The position numbers and the translations under genes are program-made. A stretch of DNA of 64,000 nucleotides from an uncultured Acidimicrobiia bacterium (GTDB lineage: Bacteria > Actinomycetota > Acidimicrobiia > Acidimicrobiales > AC-14). Position 1 is the first letter of the stretch; each line of letters starts with the position of its first letter. Of this stretch, positions 40,146 through 48,966 are shown piece after piece. Under the pieces are notes generated by a model. The model made no database searches. It had not been told where the DNA came from and saw only the letters and a program-made list of their open reading frames with translations. Location of the stretch: the NCBI GenBank assembly GCA_963836205.1, contig CAWIIV010000007.1, positions 160,001-224,000 of the forward strand. The letters are read 5' to 3'.

Positions 40146-41224
40146 CGGGTCGACCGAGGCAGGCGCAGGGTGAACGTGGAACCCTCTCCCTCCCGGGAGG
40201 CGACCACGACGGTGCCCCCGTGGTTGGTGGCGACGTGGCGGACGATCGAGAGGCCCAAGCCGGTGCCGCCCGTCTCCCGGCTCCGGGCGCGGTCGACCCG
40301 GTAGAAGCGCTCGAAGACCCGTTCGAGGTCCTTGGCCGGGATGCCGATGCCCTGGTCGCGGACGGTGACGACGACCCACCCGTCGTCGAAGGCGGCGTCG
40401 ACCTCGACGACCGACCCCGGCTCCGAGTACTTGACCGCGTTGTCGAGCAGGTTGACCAGGGCCGAGACCAGCTGGCGCTCGTCGCCGAGCACCGGCATCG
40501 GCTCATCGGGCACCGTCACCAGCACCCTGACTTCACGCTGGGCGGCGACCGCGGCCAACCTGTCGGCCGCCGTGGCCACCACGTCGAGGATGTCGACCGA
40601 GGTCTCGACCAGCACCCCGCCGGCCTCGATGCGGGACAGGTCGAGCAGGTCGCCGATGAGCCGGCCCGCCCGCTCCGCCTCCGACATGATGTGCCGAGCG
40701 AGCCGGCGGACGATCTCCGGATCCTCCTCGACCGCGAGGGCCTCGGCGAGCACGCCCAGGGCCCCGATCGGCGTGCGCAGCTCGTGGCTCACGTTGGCCG
40801 CGAAGTCGCGGCGCACCGCCTCCAGCCGGCGCCGCTCGGAGATGTCCTCCACGAAGGCGATGGTGCCGAGGGGGACGTCGGTGGTGCCCAGGGGCACGGC
40901 CGTGATGTCGAGGGTGCGGGGTGGGGGACCGTGCAACTCGAGCGTCTGGCTCGACGTGTTGCCCTGCTGGGCGTCGGCGACCAACGTGTCGACGGTCGCC
41001 GCCACCAAGGCCGCGACATGCCGGTTGGTGTCGAGCTCGGCGTGCTGGCGGTTGCGGAGGACGAGCTGGCCGCGGGCGTCGTGGATCACGATCGCCGACG
41101 TGAGGGCGTCGAGCGCCCGCCGCAGGCGAACGGTCTCGGCCACCGCGTCGGCGGCCATCTGCTGCGAGTCCCGCAGGGCCCGGTCGGCCTCCTCGTTCCG
41201 GTGCCGGCGGAGGGGCGTGCTCAC
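40142..41224 (-). CDS. senX3: Sensor histidine kinase SenX3/PhoR-like
   Basis: RRDFAANVSHELRTP, NLLDNAVKYS, DQGIGI, FERFYRVD, GGTGLGL. Confidence 0.88.
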   Translation of the reverse strand: MSTPLRRHRNEEADRALRDSQQMAADAVAETVRLRRALDALTSAIVIHDARGQLVLRNRQHAELDTNRHVAALVAATVDTLVADAQQGNTSSQTLELHGPPPRTLDITAVPLGTTDVPLGTIAFVEDISERRRLEAVRRDFAANVSHELRTPIGALGVLAEALAVEEDPEIVRRLARHIMSEAERAGRLIGDLLDLSRIEAGGVLVETSVDILDVVATAADRLAAVAAQREVRVLVTVPDEPMPVLGDERQLVSALVNLLDNAVKYSEPGSVVEVDAAFDDGWVVVTVRDQGIGIPAKDLERVFERFYRVDRARSRETGGTGLGLSIVRHVATNHGGTVVVASREGEGSTFTLRLPRSTR

Positions 41225-41341
41225 CCCTCGGTCGGTTTCATCGGCTGGCTCGTTCCGGCTCGCTCACGGATTGGTGCTCCTCGGCTCCCGGTCGTGGCCC
41301 CGACGTTAGGGACGGGTTGCATCCCCCCGCTAGCGGTGCGG

Positions 41342-41368
41342 TGAACGCCCGGTGAACGAGAGGCGAAA
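41342..41368 (-). promoter_or_regulatory. PHO-box-like repeats upstream of senX3-regX3
   Basis: Plus-strand tgaac at 41342 and 41353, cgaaa at 41364 (11-nt register). Confidence 0.65.
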
Positions 41369-41510
41369 TCACGGCCCGCGAGGATCCAGGCTACCGGCGG
41401 CGCGGTCGGATCGCAGCCGTCCGAACTTTCTCCTAAAGGTCGGACCCACCGGTGCCGATACCCCCGACGGGGGCGACGTCCAAGCGGGCTGGGATAAGGG
41501 GTGACGAGAG

Positions 41511-41636
41511 ATGGTCAAGAAGCGGTTCGACCTGTGGTTGGCCCTGTGCATCCTCTTCGGGGTGGTGCTGGTCCTGTTGGCGGGCTTCAATCGCCTCGGG
41601 ATCGACATCCAGATCCCGGTGATCAGTGGGTCGTAG
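41511..41636 (+). CDS. Small membrane peptide (41 aa)
   Basis: MVKKRFDLWLALCILFGVVLVLLAGFNRLGIDIQIPVISGS*, purine-rich upstream sequence. Confidence 0.5.
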   Translation: MVKKRFDLWLALCILFGVVLVLLAGFNRLGIDIQIPVISGS

Positions 41637-41697
41637 GTTCGGAGCCGCCGCCCGCGGCCCCCGGTGGATGCAAGAAACTGGTCTCGGCCGGACAAAG

Positions 41698-41736
41698 CCG
41701 GACAGGGCCGCCCGCCGACAAACGGGCCCTGTCCGG
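41698..41736. terminator. Stem-loop between convergent genes
   Basis: 12-bp perfect inverted repeat ccggacagggcc...ggccctgtccgg. Confidence 0.55.
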
Positions 41737-41803
41737 GACGTCGAAACGTCGATGCCGGGCGGTTCTCGGGGAGGGCCGAGCCGGTCGGTCCCGGAGACGA
41801 ACC

Positions 41804-42025
41804 TCAGCTCGACCGCTGGTACGTCACGACCATGGCGCCCCGATTCGTCTGCGACCCGACGTAACCCGGCGCCCGCTTCCCGGGCACGAACTCCGGCCCG
41901 CTGAGCACCGTCCACCCGTCGGCGAGCATCGACTCCATGTGCCTGTCCATGGGGATGCTCTGGAACGCCTTCTTCAGGTAGAACTTCTTCCCGAGGGCGC
42001 TGTACGTGACCGTCTGTATCTCCAC
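41804..42025 (-). CDS. Small hypothetical protein
   Basis: VEIQTVTY...MLADGWTVLS...VVTYQRSS with GAGGGAGG RBS upstream. Confidence 0.55.
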   Translation of the reverse strand: MEIQTVTYSALGKKFYLKKAFQSIPMDRHMESMLADGWTVLSGPEFVPGKRAPGYVGSQTNRGAMVVTYQRSS

Positions 42026-42141
42026 CAGCACCCTCCCTCGTAGGCCGTGACCCGTCGCCTCGGCTCCCAAGCTGCAACCACAGCCGAGAGTGTCCCCGGT
42101 ATCACCGCCGCACAGCTCGGCGCGACCGGCCACGTCGGCTC

Positions 42142-42495
42142 CTACCCTCCAGCCAGGCACTTCAGGACGAACGCCTGGAGCGCCTCGATCTCCGCCCCGT
42201 TCCACGCCGGCCACCGCCACGTCCCCAGGGGCCCGGCGGGGATCCAGGTGGCCCACATGTAGGCGTACCTGTCGTAGCCGTAGTCGCGGAAGTTGTCCGG
42301 TGCCGCTACCGAGAAGGCCCCGGCCGGGCGCCGACCCTCCAGAATGCCGTACTGGTTGATCGTCCACGGCTTGCGCCCGTTGTGCTCGGCGCCGCCGTCG
42401 TAGGCGTTGAGCTTGGCCATCGACACCGAGATCCACCGGTCGATGCAGGCCCGGCCCTGCGGGGTCGCCCACGGCTCCGGGGGGACGGCTGACAT
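42142..42495 (-). CDS. Hypothetical Trp/Tyr-rich protein
   Basis: MSAVPPEPWATPQGRACIDRW...; GC3-biased codons. Confidence 0.55.
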   Translation of the reverse strand: MSAVPPEPWATPQGRACIDRWISVSMAKLNAYDGGAEHNGRKPWTINQYGILEGRRPAGAFSVAAPDNFRDYGYDRYAYMWATWIPAGPLGTWRWPAWNGAEIEALQAFVLKCLAGG

Positions 42496-42557
42496 CTCCC
42501 GACGATATCGCCGGACGTCCCGCCGACAGTGCCGACCCGGCGCAGAAGGGCTCGGCG

Positions 42558-43064
42558 TCAGAACCGATATCGGGTCTGGGCGAAGTCGCCCTTGGCGAAG
42601 GCGAGAACCTTGGTCGGGACGACCTCGAACACCAGCGCCTCGCCCGCCTCGCCCTGAAAGGCCCCGTCGGCCACGTCGTAGTGCCAGTCGCCGTGGTACT
42701 TCGACTCCCAGGCGTCGGCCAGCCGCCGCAGCCGAGCCTCGTCCGTGACCCGGCGGGCCTCGCCCTCGATCACCACGTCGAGTCCCGCCTTCCAGGCGTT
42801 GTTGCCGGTGGTGAGCGCGCAGTGGCTGTTGCGGTCGAGGTTGACGCCCTTCTGTTCGTCGGCGCCGGTGCAGAAGTGCAGGACGCCGTCCAGCCACACC
42901 GCCGGGAGGGGGGTGACATGCGGGCGCCCGTCGGGCCGGACCGTGGAGATCCAGAACAGCTCGGCCTCATCGATCACCCGGCGAGCGTCCTCCCACGGGG
43001 TCACGACCGCCCCCGGCTCGCTGAAGCGGGCATCGAGCTCGGCTACCGGATCCGTACCTGCCAT
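42558..43064 (-). CDS. Pyridoxamine 5'-phosphate oxidase-like (split beta-barrel) protein
   Basis: WISTVRPDGRPHVTP, KGVNL, VVIEG. Confidence 0.87.
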   Translation of the reverse strand: MAGTDPVAELDARFSEPGAVVTPWEDARRVIDEAELFWISTVRPDGRPHVTPLPAVWLDGVLHFCTGADEQKGVNLDRNSHCALTTGNNAWKAGLDVVIEGEARRVTDEARLRRLADAWESKYHGDWHYDVADGAFQGEAGEALVFEVVPTKVLAFAKGDFAQTRYRF

Positions 43065-43141
43065 CGCGTTCCCCCTCGTCGTCCCGTGGTAGACGTCGTG
43101 GGACCGGTGGACTCATCGCTCGGCATGTGACTCCGGCGACG

Positions 43142-43636
43142 TCACTCCGCCGTCGCCCGCGCGATGCCTGCCAACCGGCCGCCCGTCACCTGCAGGAGGT
43201 CGGGGACGGTCAGCTCGAGCTCCAGGCCACGACGGCCCCCGCGGACGAAGACGGTGTCCCACTCCGACGCGCTGGTGTCGACGAGGGTGGTGAGCAGGCG
43301 CTTCTGCCCGACCGGGCTGATCCCACCGACGACGTAGCCGGTAGCCCGCTGGGCTGCATCCGGCGGGGCCATCGCGGCGGCCTTGGCGTGCAAGGCGGCC
43401 GCCAGCGCCTTGAGGTCGACCTGACGGGTGACCGGGACCAGGGCCACGACGAGGTCGCCGTCGACCGAGCAGACGAGCGTCTTGAAGATCCGCGCCGGCT
43501 CGGTCCCGAGCGCCTCGGCCACCTTCTGGCCGTAGGACGCGACCGCCGGGTCGTGGTCGTACCGGTGGACCCGGTGGGCGATCCCCGCCCGGACGAGGGC
43601 TGCGACGGCAGGCGTCGGCGCGGACACGAGCCCCAT
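43142..43636 (-). CDS. ybaK: Cys-tRNA(Pro) deacylase
   Basis: HRYDHDP..SYG, IFKTL, DLKALA, TGYVVGGISPVGQK, GGRRGLELEL. Confidence 0.88.
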   Translation of the reverse strand: MGLVSAPTPAVAALVRAGIAHRVHRYDHDPAVASYGQKVAEALGTEPARIFKTLVCSVDGDLVVALVPVTRQVDLKALAAALHAKAAAMAPPDAAQRATGYVVGGISPVGQKRLLTTLVDTSASEWDTVFVRGGRRGLELELTVPDLLQVTGGRLAGIARATAE

Positions 43637-43644
43637 GATGTCCC

Positions 43645-44256
43645 CTACTCGGACTGGGGCAGGTGGACCTTGGCGTCCTCGTAGGTGGCGTCGCCGGTGG
43701 ATTCGGCCGGCCCGTAGACGAGAGACAGCACGCCGGTCTCGAAGGTCGCGGAGGAGAGGAGCGTGAGAGGAACCGGGTCGCCCTCGTCGAACAGCCGCAT
43801 GCCCTTGCGGACGGCGATCGGGTGGACAAGCAGGTGCAGCTCGTCGAGGAGCCCCGCCGCCAGCAGCTGACGGACGACGGAGACCGAGCCGCTCATGGCG
43901 ATGTTCTTGTCGCCCGGCTCGTTCTTCAGGGCGGTGACGGCTTCGACGAGGTCGCCCGGCAGCAGCTCGGAGTTGCGCCAGGTGAACTCCAGCGGCTGGT
44001 TCGACACGACGATCTTGCGGGCTCGCCGAGCGCCTTGGCCATGCCGGTATCCTCTTCGCCGGCGAGCTCCCGCTCAGGCCACGCCCCCGCGAAGCTGTCG
44101 TAGGTCTTGCGCCCGAGCAGCACGGTGTCGGCCCCGCCGAGGGTGGCGGTGACGGCCGACCCCAATCTCGTCGTTGAAGTACGGGAAGTGCCAGAGATGG
44201 GGGTCCTCGACGACGCCGTCGAGGGAGATGAACAGACCGGCAGTGATCTTCCTCAT
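43645..44256 (-). pseudogene. Dihydrofolate reductase/RibD C-terminal family protein with two frameshifts
   Basis: MRKITAGLFISLDGVVEDP | LLGRKTYDSF | KIVVS...GSVSVV..LLDELHLLVHPI lie in successive different frames (breaks near 44163 and 44025). Confidence 0.8.
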
Positions 44257-44344
44257 GCTTTCGTCTCCCAGAGATGGTCGGAAAGCGTGGCAGCACGGGT
44301 CAGACGGCACGAACCCGACGAACTCATCGGGCAGACTCGGCGGT

Positions 44345-45337
44345 GTGGAGCTGCTGATCGCCCGCAACCCCGAGCCGGACAGCAGCCTGCCCTACCTGCT
44401 CCGGCTGCCGATCGGCGACGGGCTCGTGTTTCGCACCAAGGACACGTGGCCCCGGACGATCGCCCTGTACTGCCACCCCGTCCCATGTACTGACTGGCCG
44501 GACGAGCCCGACATCGTGGAACGGGTGGCGCTGCGGGCGTGCACCCGCCGGGGGGCGGCCATCGACGTCGTCGCCGACCGTGGGCGAGAGCAGCGCTCGC
44601 AGATCGTCTTCACCAACGCCCGGGGGCGGGAGATGGTGTTCTGGCAGTCTCCCCGCACCCGCAAGCAGGCCCGGCCCGATGTCCGCATCCCCACGGCCCG
44701 GGCGGCGGGGATCGCCGATCTCGAGATCGTCGTCGACGCCCACGAGCGCTACCCGTACCAGTTCGCCGGCCAGCAGGTCCGTACCGTGCGACGGGCGTTG
44801 CCCTGCGGCGACTACGGGGTGACAGCCGACGGCAAGCTCGTGGCTGCGGTCGAGCGCAAGTCGCTTCCCGACCTGGTGTCGAGCCTGACCGCCGGCCGGC
44901 TGCGCTTCGCCCTCGGCGAGCTGGCCACGCTCCCCCGGGCCGCGGTCGTGGTGGAGGACCGCTATTCGAAGGTCTTCAGCCAGGACCGGGTCCGGCCGGC
45001 GCTGGTGGCCGACGGCCTGGCCGAGCTCCAGGTCCGCTGGCCCACCATCCCGATCGTGTTCTGCGAGACCCGCAAGCTGGCCGAGGAGTGGACCTACCGC
45101 TACCTCGCCGCCGCCCACGTCTGGGCCCAGGCCGAAGGCCCCGCCGTTGCCCGCATCGGCATCGGCGATGGCGATGGCGAGCCAGTCGGCCCCGCGGAGC
45201 CGGAACCGTCGACGGCCGAGGTCCGGGCATGGGCCCGGGCCAACGGGATCGTCGTCCCCGACCGCGGCCGCCTCCGCCCCGAGGTCCGCCAGGCCTGGCG
45301 CGACGCCACCGGGGACCAGCCCACCACCAGCGGCTGA
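44345..45337 (+). CDS. ERCC4/XPF-type nuclease domain protein with C-terminal Lsr2-like DNA-binding domain
   Basis: VVDAHE, LPCGDY, VERKS (ERCC4 motif); C-terminal AEVRAWARANGIVVPDRGR (Lsr2 AT-hook). Confidence 0.85.
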   Translation: MELLIARNPEPDSSLPYLLRLPIGDGLVFRTKDTWPRTIALYCHPVPCTDWPDEPDIVERVALRACTRRGAAIDVVADRGREQRSQIVFTNARGREMVFWQSPRTRKQARPDVRIPTARAAGIADLEIVVDAHERYPYQFAGQQVRTVRRALPCGDYGVTADGKLVAAVERKSLPDLVSSLTAGRLRFALGELATLPRAAVVVEDRYSKVFSQDRVRPALVADGLAELQVRWPTIPIVFCETRKLAEEWTYRYLAAAHVWAQAEGPAVARIGIGDGDGEPVGPAEPEPSTAEVRAWARANGIVVPDRGRLRPEVRQAWRDATGDQPTTSG

Positions 45338-45482
45338 CCCGGCCATCGCCGAGCGCGGCCCACAACGTCGCGGCACGAAACCACGTCCGGACGGCACCGC
45401 GCTGATAGATTGAGGCCTCACCTTGCATCGAGCGGCCACCTCGGTCCCTCGGCGGAGCCTCTTCAACGGAGGTGCGGACGAC

Positions 45483-47030
45483 ATGAACCGACGGCGGGGC
45501 GTTGCGGTCCTGGTCTTGGCGGTGCTGCTGGTCGCCAGCGGATGCGGCAGCGGTGGTGGGACGGGCGCAGACGGTCTCGTGATCGCCGCCGGCGACGACG
45601 AGTCGGTGCTGGAGCCGCCGTTCGCGGCCAATGTGGCCACCGGATACGGCAACGCCAACGCCTCGGTCTTCGAGACCCTTGTCGAGTTGGCGCCCGACTT
45701 CTCGGTCAAGCCCCTGCTGGCGACGTCGTGGGAGCTGCGCCCGCCGAACACCTGGCGATTCCACCTTCGACCGGGGGTCGTTTTCCACGACGGGCAGCCT
45801 TTCGACGCCAAGGCGGTCGAGTACAACGTCACCGAGCTGTGGACCGAGCTCGGAGTTCTTGCCCTCGGACCCGAGTCGGTCGCCGTCATCGACGCCGCCA
45901 CCATCGATATCACTCCTTCCGCGGCCGCCGGCAACCTCGTCGGGCAATTGGCGCACCCGCTTCTGGGCCTCAAGGCCCCGGGCACCTACGCCGGCCCCGG
46001 AACCTCCTCGGAGAACCGGCCGACGGGCACGGGTCCCTTCCAGTTTTCGAGCTACAGGAACGATGTGGAGTTGAAGGTCGACCAGTTCGACGACTACTGG
46101 GGCCCGCAGCCCAGACTGGAGACCATGACCTTCCGCTTCCTCCCGGACGCGCAGGCCAGGACGCTGGCGCTCACGGCCGGTGACGTCGATGCTGCCTACG
46201 ATTATCGCGCCGAAGGCCAGGACGACAGGTCCGACGTCACCGTGGCCACTGCCGGCGTCGGCGCTTACGACGCCCTGCTGCTCAGCCTGAAGGGAGACTC
46301 GCCGCTACACGAGCTGCCCGTCCGGCAGGCGGTCGCCTCGGCGATCGACCGCTCGGCGATCGTGGAAACGGTCTGGAAGGACGCCGCGGAAGTCACACCC
46401 TCCCTGGTCCCCCCGGCGCTGCTCGGAGTCGGGACCGCGTCGGTCGACGGGTGGGCATACGACCCGGCACACGCTCGCCGCCTCTTGGACGAATCCGGGT
46501 GGGCGCAGGTGGGAGACGACGTGCGGACGAAGGACGGTCGGGCTCTCGACCTGACCTTGCGGGTCTACGACCCCGATGCCCACAACAGGGTCCCTGAGCT
46601 CCTCCAACGACAGCTCGCCGAGGTGGGCGTCCGGGTCAGGATCGACACCGACCCAACGGGCTACGGGGAGAGCCTGGAAATGGGCGACGGCGACCTGTTC
46701 CTCGAGATCGGGAACCAGTACGACGCAAACCCCGCCTTCGCGGGGGCGCTGTTCACGGATGCGCCCGGTGGCTTCGCCGACTACGCCACGTCGTTCGGCG
46801 CCGGCCCTGAGTACGACCAGGTGTTCACCCGTGCGATCGCGGCGACGAATCCGGACGAGGCCCGCCGCCAGGCCGGCGCGGCCATGCACCTCGTGGTGGA
46901 CGAGGTTGTCGCCGTGGTCCCGATCGCGGGGATCAAACGGGTCTGGGGCCTTCGCAGCAACGTACGCGGCTTCGTTCCCCATCCGTCCGACATCAGCCAG
47001 CAGTGGGACGAGGTCTTCGTCGACCGCTGA
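45483..47030 (+). CDS. ABC transporter substrate-binding lipoprotein, family 5 (peptide/nickel)
   Basis: Lipobox ASGC, LATSW, FHLRPGVVFHDG, GTGPF, VRQAVASAIDR. Confidence 0.9.
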   Translation: MNRRRGVAVLVLAVLLVASGCGSGGGTGADGLVIAAGDDESVLEPPFAANVATGYGNANASVFETLVELAPDFSVKPLLATSWELRPPNTWRFHLRPGVVFHDGQPFDAKAVEYNVTELWTELGVLALGPESVAVIDAATIDITPSAAAGNLVGQLAHPLLGLKAPGTYAGPGTSSENRPTGTGPFQFSSYRNDVELKVDQFDDYWGPQPRLETMTFRFLPDAQARTLALTAGDVDAAYDYRAEGQDDRSDVTVATAGVGAYDALLLSLKGDSPLHELPVRQAVASAIDRSAIVETVWKDAAEVTPSLVPPALLGVGTASVDGWAYDPAHARRLLDESGWAQVGDDVRTKDGRALDLTLRVYDPDAHNRVPELLQRQLAEVGVRVRIDTDPTGYGESLEMGDGDLFLEIGNQYDANPAFAGALFTDAPGGFADYATSFGAGPEYDQVFTRAIAATNPDEARRQAGAAMHLVVDEVVAVVPIAGIKRVWGLRSNVRGFVPHPSDISQQWDEVFVDR

Positions 47031-47043
47031 TCGCCCCAGCACG

Positions 47044-47985
47044 ATGAGCGCGCAGGTCGTGCGGCGGATCGCCGAGCTCGTGCCGCTGCTCATCGGGCTG
47101 AGCCTTTTCTCCTTCGTCCTCGGCCAGGTGGCCCCGGGCGACCCGGCGCGCTCGCTGGCGCGGCTGCGTGTCGGGGCTCCGCCGACGGAGGAGCAGATCC
47201 GTGCTTTCGGCGAGGAGCACGGGCTCTACGACCCGGCCGCAGTCCAGTACGGCCGTTGGTTGGGAAACGCCGTCACCGGCGACCTCGGTACGTCCTTCCG
47301 AACCGGTCAATCGGTTGCGGGAAGCCTCTGGGACGCCCTCCCCGTCACCCTCGAGCTGGCCCTGTTGTCCTTCGTGATCATGGTGACGGTGGGAATCCCG
47401 GTCGGGATAGGGGCGGCAGTCGCCCCCGGCCGGCTCCTCGACCACGGGTCCCGATTCCTAGCCCTGGCAGGACTCGCGCTTCCCGGGTTCTGGTTGGCGT
47501 ACCTGCTGATCATCCTGTTCGCGGTGCACCTCCAATGGCTGCCGACGTCGTGGACCGGGACGCCGTCGTCGTTCGTCCTGCCCTCCGTAACGCTCGCCGT
47601 CTACGGCACGGCGGTCCTCGTCCGGCTCACGAGGGCGTCGATGTTGGAGGTCCTCGGCGAGCCCTTCGTGCGCGGCGCGAGGGCTCGAGGTCTGTCCGAT
47701 CAGAGGGTGGTTTGGCGTCACGCGTTCCGGGTCGCATGCATACCGGTCCTCACCTATGGCGGGCTTCTCCTCGGCGGGCTCCTCGGCGGTTCGGTGATCG
47801 TCGAGTCGATCTTCGGCATGCCTGGGATGGGCGCGCTCGTCGTCGACGCCATCGAGACTCGTGACTTCCCCGTGGTCCAGGGCTTCGTCCTGCTCTACGG
47901 CACCGTGATCGTCCTGCTCAACCTGGCGGTCGACCTCCTCTACCTCGCGGTCGACCCTCGCATGCGTCAGGACGGACCGGGTTGA
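47044..47985 (+). CDS. ABC permease DppB/NikB-like
   Basis: PGDPA, GDLGTSF, PVTLEL, ARARGL, ESIFGMPGMG, RDFPVVQG, DPR. Confidence 0.92.
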   Translation: MSAQVVRRIAELVPLLIGLSLFSFVLGQVAPGDPARSLARLRVGAPPTEEQIRAFGEEHGLYDPAAVQYGRWLGNAVTGDLGTSFRTGQSVAGSLWDALPVTLELALLSFVIMVTVGIPVGIGAAVAPGRLLDHGSRFLALAGLALPGFWLAYLLIILFAVHLQWLPTSWTGTPSSFVLPSVTLAVYGTAVLVRLTRASMLEVLGEPFVRGARARGLSDQRVVWRHAFRVACIPVLTYGGLLLGGLLGGSVIVESIFGMPGMGALVVDAIETRDFPVVQGFVLLYGTVIVLLNLAVDLLYLAVDPRMRQDGPG

Positions 47986-48084
47986 GCGAGATGGGAACCA
48001 TGCCGGAGGCTGGGGCCAATCCAGCTGGGGCCCTCTGTACGGCCGGCGAACCGCCAGGTCCGTCCGCGTCGGAACCTGACAGCA

Positions 48085-48966
48085 GTGACTGGCGCGGCGG
48101 TGATCGCGACGATGGCGCTTCTCGCGGTCGCGGCGCCCCTCGTCGCCCCGTTCAACCCGGTCGACGTTGACCTCGCTGCCAAACTCGAAGCACCGAGCTT
48201 CACCCATCTGTTCGGCACCGACGAGATCGGCCGCGACGTCTTCTCCCGTGTGCTCTACGGGTCCCGCCTCTCGTTGGGTACCGCCGCCCTCGCCGCCCTC
48301 GTCGTGATGACGATCGGCGTGTCGGTCGGGCTCCTGGCCGGGCTCCGGGGCGGGTGGATGGACGGCTTGCTGATGCGCATCGTCGACGGGCTTCTGGCCT
48401 TCCCGAGCTTGGTGTTGGTACTGGCCATCGCCGGTACCCTCCGCGGCGGGCTGTTGACGATCGTCATCGCATTCGCCGCCGTCTCATGGGCGACGTTCGC
48501 CAGGATGATGCGCGGTCTCGTCCTGCAGCTGCGCGACCAGCCCTTCGTGGCCGCCGCACATGCCATCGGTGCCTCGCGCCTCCGCGTCGCCTGGCACCAC
48601 GTCCTGCCCAACGCCATCGGGCCGGTGCTGGTGCTGGCCAGCCTGGAGATGGGGAGCCTGATCGCCAGCGTCTCAGCCCTCTCGTTTCTCGGGGTCGGCG
48701 CACAACCACCGACCGCGGAGTGGGGGGCGATGCTCAACCAGAGCCGCGACTACGCCTTGTCGCACCCCCACCTGATGATCTTCCCCGGCGCCGCGATCAC
48801 TCTTGCGGTGCTCGGCTTCGTCCTTTTGGGCGAGGGCCTCCGCGACGTGCTCGACGTGAGGTCCTACTCCCCGGGCGCCCGACGACCCCGGGGCTACCGG
48901 GGTCGTCGGAGTGGCCGTCCTCCGTCGTCGTCCGTCGAGGTCAGTGGGGGTATGGCTCGGGATTGA
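48085..48966 (+). CDS. ABC permease DppC/NikC-like
   Basis: HLFGTDEIGRDVFSR, HVLPN, LSFLG, EWGAML, LGEGLRDVLD. Confidence 0.92.
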   Translation: MTGAAVIATMALLAVAAPLVAPFNPVDVDLAAKLEAPSFTHLFGTDEIGRDVFSRVLYGSRLSLGTAALAALVVMTIGVSVGLLAGLRGGWMDGLLMRIVDGLLAFPSLVLVLAIAGTLRGGLLTIVIAFAAVSWATFARMMRGLVLQLRDQPFVAAAHAIGASRLRVAWHHVLPNAIGPVLVLASLEMGSLIASVSALSFLGVGAQPPTAEWGAMLNQSRDYALSHPHLMIFPGAAITLAVLGFVLLGEGLRDVLDVRSYSPGARRPRGYRGRRSGRPPSSSVEVSGGMARD

